Shown here one piece after another: positions 16,541-25,866 of a stretch of 61,788 bases of DNA. The DNA comes from a virus (Duplodnaviria > Caudoviricetes): the IMG/VR virus record IMGVR_UViG_3300021062_000016, positions 1-61,788 of that record. One strand, given 5' to 3'. The translations under genes and the position numbers were made by a program. The stretch's first letter is position 1; each line of letters opens with the position of its first letter. The notes under the pieces are model-generated. The model had not been told where the DNA came from and searched no databases. It was given only the letters and a program-made list of their open reading frames with translations.

Positions 16541-17697
16541 GCGTTGAAATCCGCATAGGCGACTGCCGCGAGATGTTGCGCGCCATGCCGGATGAGTCCG
16601 TGCACTGCGTGGTGACGAGTCCGCCGTATTGGGGGCTACGGGACTATGGCGTGTCTGGCCAACTCGGCATGGAACCGACCCTCGGCGAGCACATCGGCGT
16701 GATGGTCGAAGTGTTCCGCGAGGTGCGTAGGGTCCTAAAGAAGGATGGAACCTGCTGGCTGAACTACGGCGATTGCTATGCCACATCACCGAATGGCCGC
16801 AGCGCCGCGGAAGTCAAAGCCATCGGCAACGATGATCGGACGTTCCGGGATAAGCCCTTCAGCACTATCGGCGCGATCTACGACCCCGAAGGCGGCGCAA
16901 AGGGCGGAGGGGCGCGTGGGTCGAACAAGGGCAACGCGGCTCCACCATCAGGCCGGGTTGTCGCTGGCGGTTACTTGAAGGCCAAAGACCTCTGCATGAT
17001 GCCCAACCGCCTCGCCATTGCTCTGCAAGACGACGGCTGGTGGGTGCGCAGCGAGATCATCTGGCACAAGCCCAACCCAATGCCGGAGAGCATCAAGGAT
17101 CGGCCGGGATGCAGCCACGAGAAGATATGGCTGCTGTCAAGGTCCGAGCGCTATTTCTATGACCACCTCGCCGTTCGCCAGCCCTTAGCTGCTGCATCCT
17201 ACGCTCGGCTGGATCAGGACATCGACAACCAAGAAGGCAGCGACCGCGCCAATGGTGGCCGCAAGACCAACGGCAAGATGAAGGCCGTAAGGTTTGGCGG
17301 CAATAAGGGTGGCGGCGATCACGGTACTGCAGCGCGGCGGATGAGTGGGCGGGACTGGGAGCCCGCCGAAGAGATGGCGAGCCTCCGCAATGTATGGACC
17401 ATTCCGACAGCAGCTTTCAGTGATGCCCACTTCGCAACATTCCCGCCCGCCCTTGTCGAGCCCTGCATCAAGGCAGGCTGCCCCAAAGGCGGCACGGTGC
17501 TGGATCCCTTCGGTGGGGCCGGAACAGTCGGCCTTGTCGCCGACCGGCTGAAGCGCAACGCCATTCTCCTCGAGTTGAACCCGGCCTACGCCGAGATCGC
17601 CGAGCGCCGCATCAAACAGGACGCGGGCATGTTCGGTGACGTCACCAGCCAACCCCAGGAAGCGCCCGCGCTACTCGCTGCCATGGGTGCCGCATGA
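16537..17697 (+). CDS. DNA N4-C/N6-A methyltransferase (beta class)
   Basis: TSPPY before VLDPFGGAGT; HFATFP. Confidence 0.92.
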   Translation: MSVEIRIGDCREMLRAMPDESVHCVVTSPPYWGLRDYGVSGQLGMEPTLGEHIGVMVEVFREVRRVLKKDGTCWLNYGDCYATSPNGRSAAEVKAIGNDDRTFRDKPFSTIGAIYDPEGGAKGGGARGSNKGNAAPPSGRVVAGGYLKAKDLCMMPNRLAIALQDDGWWVRSEIIWHKPNPMPESIKDRPGCSHEKIWLLSRSERYFYDHLAVRQPLAAASYARLDQDIDNQEGSDRANGGRKTNGKMKAVRFGGNKGGGDHGTAARRMSGRDWEPAEEMASLRNVWTIPTAAFSDAHFATFPPALVEPCIKAGCPKGGTVLDPFGGAGTVGLVADRLKRNAILLELNPAYAEIAERRIKQDAGMFGDVTSQPQEAPALLAAMGAA

Positions 17698-17963
17698 CCG
17701 CCATCTGCACCCTCCGCGACCGCATGTTCGACCTCTTCGAACACAACGCCAAGGGCCTAGACGGCTCTCTCGTCGTCCGCGCCCTCAAGAACGCCTCCCA
17801 CAACATTTGGGAGTCAGGCATCGACCACGCCTACGAGGGCAGCAACCAGCGGACAACCCTGGAGTTTGCCACAGCCTTTGACCTGACCTGGCTCACCCAG
17901 GTGAATGTTGAACTCACCGCCCAGCGCAAGAAGCGGGGATTGCCGACGGGGGATGAGCGGTGA
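17694..17963 (+). CDS. Hypothetical protein
   Basis: Coupled ORF. Confidence 0.6.
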   Translation: MTAICTLRDRMFDLFEHNAKGLDGSLVVRALKNASHNIWESGIDHAYEGSNQRTTLEFATAFDLTWLTQVNVELTAQRKKRGLPTGDER

Positions 17964-18352
17964 TCGCACAAACCGAATCCCAGCTTCAGCGGGCCGTGGT
18001 CGATCTGCTGGTTGTCTACGAACGCCAGGGGAAGCTTCGCTACTACGCCGTGCCCAATGGCGGGAAGCGCGACCCCGTCACGCAGAAGAACCTGAAGCTT
18101 CAAGGGCAGCGCAACGGCGTGCCGGACCTCGTGATTCTGTTCCCGAAGCTTTCCACCCGCGTCCGCGAGATGTCCCTCTACTGGGAGCTCAAAGGCCCAT
18201 CCGGGCGCCTGTCTGACGAGCAAATGGACTGGCGCGACTGGCTTAAGTCCTCCGGGTTCATGTGGATGGAGATCCGCGACGCCGACGACGCGGCGGTGGT
18301 ACTCGCCGGGCTGCTGGCCAGCCGAGAGCATCTGGCGAGGGAAGCAGCATAG
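17960..18352 (+). CDS. VRR-NUC family nuclease
   Basis: ESQLQ, VPNGG, GVPDL, ELK..GRLS.EQ. Confidence 0.88.
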   Translation: MIAQTESQLQRAVVDLLVVYERQGKLRYYAVPNGGKRDPVTQKNLKLQGQRNGVPDLVILFPKLSTRVREMSLYWELKGPSGRLSDEQMDWRDWLKSSGFMWMEIRDADDAAVVLAGLLASREHLAREAA

Positions 18353-18354
18353 CC

Positions 18355-18567
18355 ATGGGCATCATCCTCCAGCTCGTCTCCCGCACCACCCCCGACCACT
18401 CCACAGAGGTAGGGGCCCAGAATCTCGCCAGGAGACTCCGCCTGTTCTGGAAGCACCGCGGTGTGGAGGTGGAGACCTGGATCGAGAACGCCGTCTGCAA
18501 GGCCGAGGGCATGAGCGTCTTCGGGGTGAGATCACGTTTTCCGAACAACAAGATTCCAAACACTTAA
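18355..18567 (+). CDS. Hypothetical protein
   Basis: ORF in operon. Confidence 0.55.
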   Translation: MGIILQLVSRTTPDHSTEVGAQNLARRLRLFWKHRGVEVETWIENAVCKAEGMSVFGVRSRFPNNKIPNT

Positions 18568-18588
18568 GCGCGGGGGCGCGGGGGACCA

Positions 18589-19785
18589 ATGCCTGAACCG
18601 ATTGCAAAGTGGATGCCGGTCTATATCGCCGACTACCTGGCCGATACCGGGCATTTGAACCGCAGCCAGCACGGCTCGTACCTGCTGTTGTTGTTCACCA
18701 TGTGGCGCCGCGGTGGGGGGTTGCCGGACGCTGACGCCTTGCTGGCACAGATCGCCGGCTGCACGGCGAAGGAGTGGCGTGCCGATCGTCCTGTGTTGGC
18801 CCCGCTATTTCAGATCAAAGACGGTGTCTGGACACAGAAAAGGCTGGGCGAAGAACTCGCCAAAGCCATCAAGAACCACGCCGCCAAAGCAGAAGCAGGG
18901 GCGAGGGGTGCGGCAAAGCGATGGCACACAGATGGCACAGCTATCGTCCCGCCAATAGCTGACACGTCACAACCCCAATGCCGAACAGATGCACCGTCAC
19001 CTTCACACTCTCCTATCGGAGAGACAGGTGCTAACGCACCTGTGCCGCGCAAACCCCGGAAAGCCAGGAGGACTCGCCTTGCAGACGATTGGCAGCCTAA
19101 CGAAATCGATCGTGCCTACGGACGAAACGTCGGGCTCGCTGACGAAGAAATCGACACCGTTGCCAGCGAATTCAAGCGCTATTGGCTCAGCGGGGACGCC
19201 GTCAAAGGCGGTCTCCGCGCCGACTGGCACGCGACGTGGTGCAATCGCGTTGACGCCGTCGCCCAGCGTGTCATTGCCAGCCGCTCTCGCGGGGGACTCG
19301 CCGCGCGACACGGATCAAGCCCTCGAAATGTCTTTGACGCGGTTGCTCGGGCGAAAGCCCGTGCCGCTCGAGAGGACGACCTTCACGGACGCGGGGATGG
19401 ACTCGGTGTTGGAGGGCTACAGCCTTCCGGCGATGACCCCGGAGCAGCGGGAGAATGCGCTGATCGAGGTGGCGAAATCATTGAGTCCGATGAGACAGAC
19501 CGACTGCATCGGGATGCTGGGGGAACTGAAACTTCTGACGGCCTGCCGGCCGGAACAGCAGCACGACCTGGAGATTCAGCTGACCCTCTACGCCCGGATG
19601 CTCCAGGAATTTCCGGCGGACGTGGTCCGGCATGTGCTCAAAACCCAGCCGAAAATCTCAAAGTGGTGGCCCACTTGGCAGGAGCTGAACGACCGGCTGG
19701 AACTGCACACGGCCAAGCGGAAGGCCCTTATGCGGGCGCTGAAGACTTCGAACCGCTCCCCGACTTCCTCCGCCGCAGTGCGTGA
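18589..19785 (+). CDS. YdaU/DUF1376 replication initiator-like protein
   Basis: WMPVYIADYLADT.HL...HGSYLLLL; TRLADDWQP; DWHATW.N. Confidence 0.85.
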   Translation: MPEPIAKWMPVYIADYLADTGHLNRSQHGSYLLLLFTMWRRGGGLPDADALLAQIAGCTAKEWRADRPVLAPLFQIKDGVWTQKRLGEELAKAIKNHAAKAEAGARGAAKRWHTDGTAIVPPIADTSQPQCRTDAPSPSHSPIGETGANAPVPRKPRKARRTRLADDWQPNEIDRAYGRNVGLADEEIDTVASEFKRYWLSGDAVKGGLRADWHATWCNRVDAVAQRVIASRSRGGLAARHGSSPRNVFDAVARAKARAAREDDLHGRGDGLGVGGLQPSGDDPGAAGECADRGGEIIESDETDRLHRDAGGTETSDGLPAGTAARPGDSADPLRPDAPGISGGRGPACAQNPAENLKVVAHLAGAERPAGTAHGQAEGPYAGAEDFEPLPDFLRRSA

Positions 19786-19912
19786 AAAACCCGAACCCAT
19801 GGAATGCTACGAGGCCCCGCCTCCGTTGGAACCGCTGTCTGCTGTCGTGCTCACTGACGACGACCTGGAAGCCCGCAAGCGCCAATTCCTGGAGCAGTGC
19901 GAGTCCGCATGA
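19328..19912 (+). CDS. Putative helicase loader/inhibitor-like protein, overlapping initiator C-terminus
   Basis: Y..MLQEFPADVV..KWWPTWQEL; position after initiator. Confidence 0.6.
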   Translation: MSLTRLLGRKPVPLERTTFTDAGMDSVLEGYSLPAMTPEQRENALIEVAKSLSPMRQTDCIGMLGELKLLTACRPEQQHDLEIQLTLYARMLQEFPADVVRHVLKTQPKISKWWPTWQELNDRLELHTAKRKALMRALKTSNRSPTSSAAVREKPEPMECYEAPPPLEPLSAVVLTDDDLEARKRQFLEQCESA

Positions 19913-20205
19913 AATCCCCCATGGACATCGCCCACCATCTCCTGGACGTGGACTCCCCCCACGGTCGAGTCCAGATCCGCGGCGACATCTCCGTTGAACG
20001 CGCCCGCGAACTGATCATCCAAGGCATCAACCAGGACCGGGACCAGAAGAGACCCAACCTCGAGACCTACGCCGACACCATCCTGGTCCAGTGCACACCG
20101 GATGGGTGGACGACGGAGAGAGTCAGGATGGCAATGCTGGCCGTGCTGCACTACGCGCAAGGCCAAGGCGAACGATTTGGCCAGGGGGAACCTCATGCAA
20201 GATAA
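19909..20205 (+). CDS. Hypothetical protein
   Basis: Coupled ORF. Confidence 0.55.
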   Translation: MKSPMDIAHHLLDVDSPHGRVQIRGDISVERARELIIQGINQDRDQKRPNLETYADTILVQCTPDGWTTERVRMAMLAVLHYAQGQGERFGQGEPHAR

Positions 20206-20716
20206 CACCGCGCAAGCCTACGCCACCGACGTTGGGACGAAAGAACGCGGCCGGCACAATGGAGGCGTAACCCTCACCACCCGCACCGTCACCGAGGGAG
20301 GCATCGAAACCTCCGTTGGGGCAAAAGCCACGTTCGAGTGCGTGCTTGACCAACTCTTGGGCCGAAAGGTCTCCGAGGGCCAGTTGATGGGCACCCAGGG
20401 CACCCGCAGCGACCGGGAAGCCGTCGCCCACTCGCGCTACATCGCCGGCATGAGGCTGCGACGTTTGTTCGTAGATGCGGGCTTGGTCGGCATCGCCGCA
20501 AAAGACCCAAATCGTTCCCCAGGCAAAGGCGAGATCAGCGACAAACGGGATCAAGCCCTGAAGGAATACCACCGCATCATCCGCTCTCTCGGCCCCGCCT
20601 GGGGCCCTCAAGCCTCCGCCTGGTGCTGCCATGCCAACGAACCCCCGACCACTGAGGCACAGAAGAACAACTGCCGCATCGCGTTGGACAAGCTGTGCGA
20701 GGTGATGGGCTTATGA
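20195..20716 (+). CDS. DUF6456-like putative late regulator
   Basis: AGMRLRRLF..AG; RIALDKL; Q-like position. Confidence 0.55.
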   Translation: MQDNTAQAYATDVGTKERGRHNGGVTLTTRTVTEGGIETSVGAKATFECVLDQLLGRKVSEGQLMGTQGTRSDREAVAHSRYIAGMRLRRLFVDAGLVGIAAKDPNRSPGKGEISDKRDQALKEYHRIIRSLGPAWGPQASAWCCHANEPPTTEAQKNNCRIALDKLCEVMGL

Positions 20717-21603
20717 GCGATCTAGCTACGCCGTTTGGCAGCCGCCGCAAAGACCGAGGATTGGCGATAGAGGAATTAACCGATCTCGTCGTTGATAATC
20801 TGGTTTTGGCACGCCCCCTCAAAGACGGCTGGTCGCTGACCAATCCACGGGACACGTTCGGCCCAATGGACCCTATCGGGTTTGAAAGCGAGTGGGACGA
20901 TGATGACGAGAGGTGGTTTTTCAACCCCGAGGAACTGACTCCCGAAGTGCTGTGGCCCTTCGACTACACGACCGTCCATCCAGTGAACGGCGAATGGCAG
21001 GTTAACCGGCGCTTCTCCTGCACGGCGTCGCAAGCCCGCGGCTTCACCCGCATCCAGCCAAAATACATGGCGCAAATTCGTGTTGGCTATTTGAAGCCCG
21101 GTGGCGGAACTCTCGAAACCCAAGCCAGATTTGCTGGGTGGATGAACGGACGGTTCCGGCCAATCGACTTCGGCGTCGTTCGGCATCAAAAAACGGACGG
21201 ACTTCGAGGCGACTGGTCTGGTCTGCGGATGCGCCCGGATGACGCCAAGCATCTCGCCGAGATAGACGATTCGGTGAGGATGGCGATGTCTATGGCCTTT
21301 CGCGCACGATACTTGTGGCATGTGATGGTTGGCGTTGAAGATGGCCCGCAAGTTCGGTTTGAAACTGACCCGGCCGGGTCAATGGAAATTTTCCGAGACC
21401 GGGACAGACCAGAGACAAAAGATCGCCGCGCCGCTTTGCGGAACTGGGTCCGGGCTCATTGGCGCCGACATCGCACCGACCCAAGCGCAGAAAGTTACGT
21501 CCGAGAACACCTTCGGGGCGCGACCTCGTTTAAGTGGCGCGGCTTCGATTGCCGGATAAGCCCGCCGCAGTTTGATTTGGAAAAGAGTGGCGTAAAGCCA
21601 TGA
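20713..21603 (+). CDS. Hypothetical protein (C-terminal VRAHWR...VREHLRG)
   Basis: Long coupled ORF. Confidence 0.75.
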   Translation: MSDLATPFGSRRKDRGLAIEELTDLVVDNLVLARPLKDGWSLTNPRDTFGPMDPIGFESEWDDDDERWFFNPEELTPEVLWPFDYTTVHPVNGEWQVNRRFSCTASQARGFTRIQPKYMAQIRVGYLKPGGGTLETQARFAGWMNGRFRPIDFGVVRHQKTDGLRGDWSGLRMRPDDAKHLAEIDDSVRMAMSMAFRARYLWHVMVGVEDGPQVRFETDPAGSMEIFRDRDRPETKDRRAALRNWVRAHWRRHRTDPSAESYVREHLRGATSFKWRGFDCRISPPQFDLEKSGVKP

Positions 21604-22121
21604 ACCGCCGCCACTTCTTCGGCGCCGCTGCTGGTGCGGTGGCCACAGCGCCAGTGGCCGCTAAAGCCGCAGTTAGCAGATTCGGACGGCAGATTGCCGG
21701 GACGGCAGTGCCGAAAGCGGCAGGGCTGGCTGGCAACTTGAACCAACTCTTCTCCTCTGCGCCGGACGCGCCCGCGCCATCCCCGTACACCGAGACGTAC
21801 ACCAAAGAGCCCCACGACCCCCGCTACAGCATCATGCGCGAGGCCTGCCGGCTTCTCGAGCGCGACTACGAAGACAAGAGGTGGCGCGCGTCCCTCCGCA
21901 CGTCGGCGCAATCCCTGGACTACGACATCGAATGCCTGCGGTCCGTCGCCCCCTACCGCAAGGTCCAGATGCAGAATGAGCGTCTGATTGCGCAACGCGA
22001 CGCGAGCAGGAGCGCCTACGAGCTCATCGGAGAGATTCGCCGCAGCCCCGTCGAAAAAGCAGCCAACCTCTTGGGCAGCTTCTGGAATCGCGCCGCCAGC
22101 ATGGTGAAGGAGGAGACGTGA
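21600..22121 (+). CDS. Hypothetical protein with twin-arginine-like N-terminus
   Basis: MNRRHFFGAAAGAVATAPVAAKA. Confidence 0.65.
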   Translation: MNRRHFFGAAAGAVATAPVAAKAAVSRFGRQIAGTAVPKAAGLAGNLNQLFSSAPDAPAPSPYTETYTKEPHDPRYSIMREACRLLERDYEDKRWRASLRTSAQSLDYDIECLRSVAPYRKVQMQNERLIAQRDASRSAYELIGEIRRSPVEKAANLLGSFWNRAASMVKEET

Positions 22122-22474
22122 GCCGCATCGAAATCACAGATGAGATGATCGACCGCGCCATAGCTGCGGGGTTCGGTCGGTACCGCAAACTGGCGCCGCA
22201 CTTCGCCGACCAGGGAATCCGCGAGGGTTACCGTAAGGCTCTGGAAGCAGCCCTCAACCCACCTGCCGAGCCCGAGATACCGGTGACCGAGGAAATGGTG
22301 CGGGCTGGAGAACAGGCCCATCTCGAGTGCGAGCGCGTCGGCAACACCCGAGGGACGCGCTACCTGTACCAGATGGTCTACCGCGCCATGTTCAAGGCTC
22401 GGCCATATCCCAATGTGCCGGTCACGATCAACAATCCGTTTGGCCAGCCCCGCCGCAAGGACGACCCCAAGTGA
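22118..22474 (+). CDS. Hypothetical protein (two TxEM repeats)
   Basis: ITDEMIDRA / VTEEMVRAG; strong RBS. Confidence 0.7.
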   Translation: MSRIEITDEMIDRAIAAGFGRYRKLAPHFADQGIREGYRKALEAALNPPAEPEIPVTEEMVRAGEQAHLECERVGNTRGTRYLYQMVYRAMFKARPYPNVPVTINNPFGQPRRKDDPK

Positions 22475-22779
22475 GACCGCCAACCGAGATGGAAGAGCGG
22501 GTGGCCAAGGCGCTGACCCGCTATGACATGGCCGAAGCCCTGAAGCACTCCGTATTCGACACGTCACACCCCACCGTCATCGGCGCGATGCAGGTTGTTG
22601 TGGATACGAAGTGGGAGAAGATGCTTCCGCTAGCCCGCATTGCCATCCGGTCCATGCGCGAAGTGACCCAAGGCCAAGCCGACGCACTCAGCGCCACCGA
22701 CAAAATGTGGAAAGACCTGAATTCCCAAACAGTTTGGCAGACATACATCGACGCCGCCTCATCCCCGGAGGAAAAATGA
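22471..22779 (+). CDS. Hypothetical protein
   Basis: Coupled ORF. Confidence 0.6.
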   Translation: MRPPTEMEERVAKALTRYDMAEALKHSVFDTSHPTVIGAMQVVVDTKWEKMLPLARIAIRSMREVTQGQADALSATDKMWKDLNSQTVWQTYIDAASSPEEK

Positions 22780-23015
22780 CCCCAGCACAGATCGCCGAAG
22801 CCCAAACGCTGCTCGGCCAGCGTAGCCGGTGGAAAGAGATGTTGGCTGAAGCCAAGAAGGGGCGGCTGTGGATCGGCAGTGAGGTGCGCAACGCCTACAC
22901 CTGCTGCGGCTACACCGTTTACGGCAGGGTATCCGAGGAAATGGCGACGCAATGGGCCAGAGAGAAGCTGGCTCAGGTGGAGGCCAAGCTCGTGGCGCTC
23001 GGGGTGACGCCGTGA
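22776..23015 (+). CDS. Hypothetical protein
   Basis: GGAGG RBS, coupled. Confidence 0.65.
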   Translation: MTPAQIAEAQTLLGQRSRWKEMLAEAKKGRLWIGSEVRNAYTCCGYTVYGRVSEEMATQWAREKLAQVEAKLVALGVTP

Positions 23016-23461
23016 AAATCGCCCTCTACATCGAAGACGGCCTTACCACGAAAAGACGCAGCCCCCTCCACGACGCCCTCACTTACCTTCAGTCCGTAAG
23101 GCAATGGGAGGGTGACGTTCACTTCGCCGTTGTTGCCGCCCTACGCCAAGCCGCGCTGGACGGGGATATCCCAATGTGGGGAGAGGAGCAGGAATCCAAC
23201 CCGTCCAACTCCACCCCGCCTAGGGTGAAGATCGAATCTGACCACTGGCGGGATCATGGCATCGACCCGACCTCGATCTCGGTCCCGCCCAGCGAGGCCC
23301 CTAGATGGGGCGCTTTCTCGGAAGCCGATACATCGACAGCAAGGGGCTATTATCACCTGCACACGGACATGACTGCTGTACGGAAGGCGTGGCCGGCACC
23401 CAAATTTTGGCGGACATTGCCCGCTATCAAAGGTTTCTTGGGTTGGCCTGGCCGAGGCTGA
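23012..23461 (+). CDS. Hypothetical protein, possibly chimeric
   Basis: GTGA-coupled ORF. Confidence 0.55.
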   Translation: MKIALYIEDGLTTKRRSPLHDALTYLQSVRQWEGDVHFAVVAALRQAALDGDIPMWGEEQESNPSNSTPPRVKIESDHWRDHGIDPTSISVPPSEAPRWGAFSEADTSTARGYYHLHTDMTAVRKAWPAPKFWRTLPAIKGFLGWPGRG

Positions 23462-23696
23462 CGGTGACAGCGCATCAAGGCCGCTCGGAGTGGATGGTTT
23501 GGAACCGGTGAACGTGTGAGACCCGATTTTTCTTCACTTTCAGCGTCAGCTTCTTCAAATGCCAAGGCGGGTGGGTGAGGTACGGCCAACCGTGGACCGG
23601 CAACTACGGGACGTCGGGCGACGACGAGAGCACAATGATCGTTCTCCGCCGCCAGGCACCAGATGCGGGCGCCACAGACTCGCCACATACTGCCCC

Positions 23697-23725
23697 TTGA
23701 CTCGCTTCGCTGATTAAATGATACA
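23697..23725 (+). promoter_or_regulatory. Candidate late promoter
   Basis: TTGACT-17-GATACA in intergenic gap before terS. Confidence 0.35.
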
Positions 23726-23935
23726 GACGGCAGCGCCACAGGTGCGCCTGCACCTCGGCACACGAGAACAACACCCCGCACGGGACCTTCGGGCCGCACC
23801 AGCGGGGTTACTTTTTGGCCCCGCCGCATTTCGCCGCAGGGCTTCCATCATCCACAGCACAGCTTTGCCCGCCCCATCCCGGGGCCGACGGCTTGCGAGG
23901 ATCCATGACCCAAAAAGATTCAAAGGAATTCAATC

Positions 23936-24226
23936 GTGGCTAGGGGAGGCCCCCGCAAGGGCGCCGGCCGCAAGCCCGGGGTTCCAAGCAAAAAGACACA
24001 GGACGTCGCCGACAGACTCGCTGCATTGGGCTGCGACCCCCTCGAAGGCATGGCCATGATCGCCATGAACGAGGAGAACGCGCCCGAGCTCCGCGGACGC
24101 ATGTTCGCCGAACTGGCCCAGTACGTCCTGCCCAAACGGAAGGCCATCGAGCACTCAGGCCCCGCCGGCGGACCCATCCCCTTCACGGGCATCACGCGGA
24201 CCATCGTTGAGCCAGCTCAACATTGA
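23936..24226 (+). CDS. terS: Terminase small subunit
   Basis: RGGPRKGAGRKPG..K.T; IEHSG..GGPI; precedes terL. Confidence 0.8.
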   Translation: MARGGPRKGAGRKPGVPSKKTQDVADRLAALGCDPLEGMAMIAMNEENAPELRGRMFAELAQYVLPKRKAIEHSGPAGGPIPFTGITRTIVEPAQH

Positions 24227-25490
24227 CACCGCCAAGGTGTTCCGGCCCTTGCTGGAGCCCTCGCGGTACAAAGGGGCTCACGGGGGGAGAGGGTCGGGAA
24301 AGAGCCACTTCTTCGCCGAGCTTCTGGTTGAGCGTTGTGTGCTTCAGCCTACCCGCTGGGCCTGCATCCGTGAGGTGCAGAACACCATCAAGGATTCCGT
24401 CCGTCAGCTTTTGGCGGACAAGATCAACAAGCTAGGTCTTTCGTCAGCATTCGAGATCCTCGAGACCGAGATACGAGGGCCGAACAATTCCCTGATCATC
24501 TTCAAGGGAATGCAGCACTACAACGCTTCCACCATCAAATCCCTCGAAGGTTACGATGGGGCATGGGTGGAGGAAGCTCAGGACTTCAGCCAAACCTCGC
24601 TCGATCTGCTCCGCCCGACCATCCGCAAGGAGAGATCGGAACTGTGGTTCAGCTGGAACCCCACCAGCAGCAAGGACCCCGTAGACCTGTTTCTGCGTGG
24701 CCCGAATTGCCCCAAGGACGCCATCGTCGTTGAGGCCAACTGGAAAGATAACCCCTGGTTCCCCGAAGTCCTCCGCAAGGAGATGGAAGAGGACCGGGCC
24801 GCGGATGCCGACAAAGCCGGCCACGTGTGGGACGGCAAATATCAGACCGCTCCCAAAGGGGCGTATTACGCCCGACTGCTTGCCATAGCGAAGACCGAAG
24901 GCCGGATTGGATTTGTCCCCTACGATCCGGTCCACGAAGTCAGGGTGTGCTTCGACCTGGGTAATGGTCCGAACATGTCCGCCTGGTTCCTGCAGTGGAT
25001 TGGGCTGGAGATCAGGGCGATCGATTACCTGCAAGGCGACGAGCAGGCCAAGAACGAAGGCTGGCCCTGGTACATCAAGAAGCTGCGAGAGAAGCCTTAC
25101 AGTTACAGCGAAATCGTCCTTCCCCATGACGCCGCTCCTGCACAGCGGGTCACGGGCAAGGGTGACCAGCAGACCCTGGTGGATGCCGGGTTCCGCACGA
25201 CGGTGGTCCCGAAGATGGACCCTGCCGAGCGAGTGAAACTGGTCCAACGCTATCTGCCCCGATGCCGCTTCGATGAAACGAAGTGCGCCGATGGGCTTGA
25301 GGCCTTGCGGCAGTACCAGTCGAATTACGACGAACGGCTGCAGCTGGATAAAGGTCCCTTACACAACTGGGCGTCACATCCTAGCGATGCCCTTGGCCAT
25401 GGGATCCAGGCCTACCAGGAACCGCACGGGTTCAAGATGTCCGGGGCCATCGGCTCCGCAGGACGAGGCGACAGGAGGGCCGGATATTGA
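24207..25490 (+). CDS. terL: Terminase large subunit (PBSX-like)
   Basis: GGRGSGKS, WVEEA, WNP, HNWASHPSDA. Confidence 0.95.
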   Translation: MSQLNIDTAKVFRPLLEPSRYKGAHGGRGSGKSHFFAELLVERCVLQPTRWACIREVQNTIKDSVRQLLADKINKLGLSSAFEILETEIRGPNNSLIIFKGMQHYNASTIKSLEGYDGAWVEEAQDFSQTSLDLLRPTIRKERSELWFSWNPTSSKDPVDLFLRGPNCPKDAIVVEANWKDNPWFPEVLRKEMEEDRAADADKAGHVWDGKYQTAPKGAYYARLLAIAKTEGRIGFVPYDPVHEVRVCFDLGNGPNMSAWFLQWIGLEIRAIDYLQGDEQAKNEGWPWYIKKLREKPYSYSEIVLPHDAAPAQRVTGKGDQQTLVDAGFRTTVVPKMDPAERVKLVQRYLPRCRFDETKCADGLEALRQYQSNYDERLQLDKGPLHNWASHPSDALGHGIQAYQEPHGFKMSGAIGSAGRGDRRAGY

Positions 25491-25696
25491 CCACAGCCTC
25501 ATCGAACGACCGCCGCAAATCCAGGGTTGAACGCTTCATGCGCGGGGACTGTCCCGACTGGCCCGAGCTGTACATGCGTGGGGAGATTGACGACCTCACC
25601 CTGTACGAAAAGACGGGACTGAATCCCGGCGACCTGGTGACCATCGTGGTGCCAAGGGTCCACGCAAACGCTTTGCTTGAGCAAGAAGGCCACTGA
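25487..25696 (+). CDS. Hypothetical protein
   Basis: Coupled ORF. Confidence 0.5.
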   Translation: MTTASSNDRRKSRVERFMRGDCPDWPELYMRGEIDDLTLYEKTGLNPGDLVTIVVPRVHANALLEQEGH

Positions 25697-25866
25697 TGAG
25701 CCGGAACGACGACGGCGAGACGGCGCGCGAATACATCGAGCCTGAGCGGGAGCGCTGGTCCGGCCTCTACAACAAGGACGGACAGAAGCTTTTCCGGGAA
25801 CAACCGACAATCGGCTTTGATCCCCACAGAAGGGACTCGCGCAAGGGAAAACGGAAAGGCAAGTGA
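25696..25866 (+). CDS. Hypothetical protein (56 aa)
   Basis: TGATG coupling; GLYNKDG...IGF. Confidence 0.5.
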   Translation: MSRNDDGETAREYIEPERERWSGLYNKDGQKLFREQPTIGFDPHRRDSRKGKRKGK

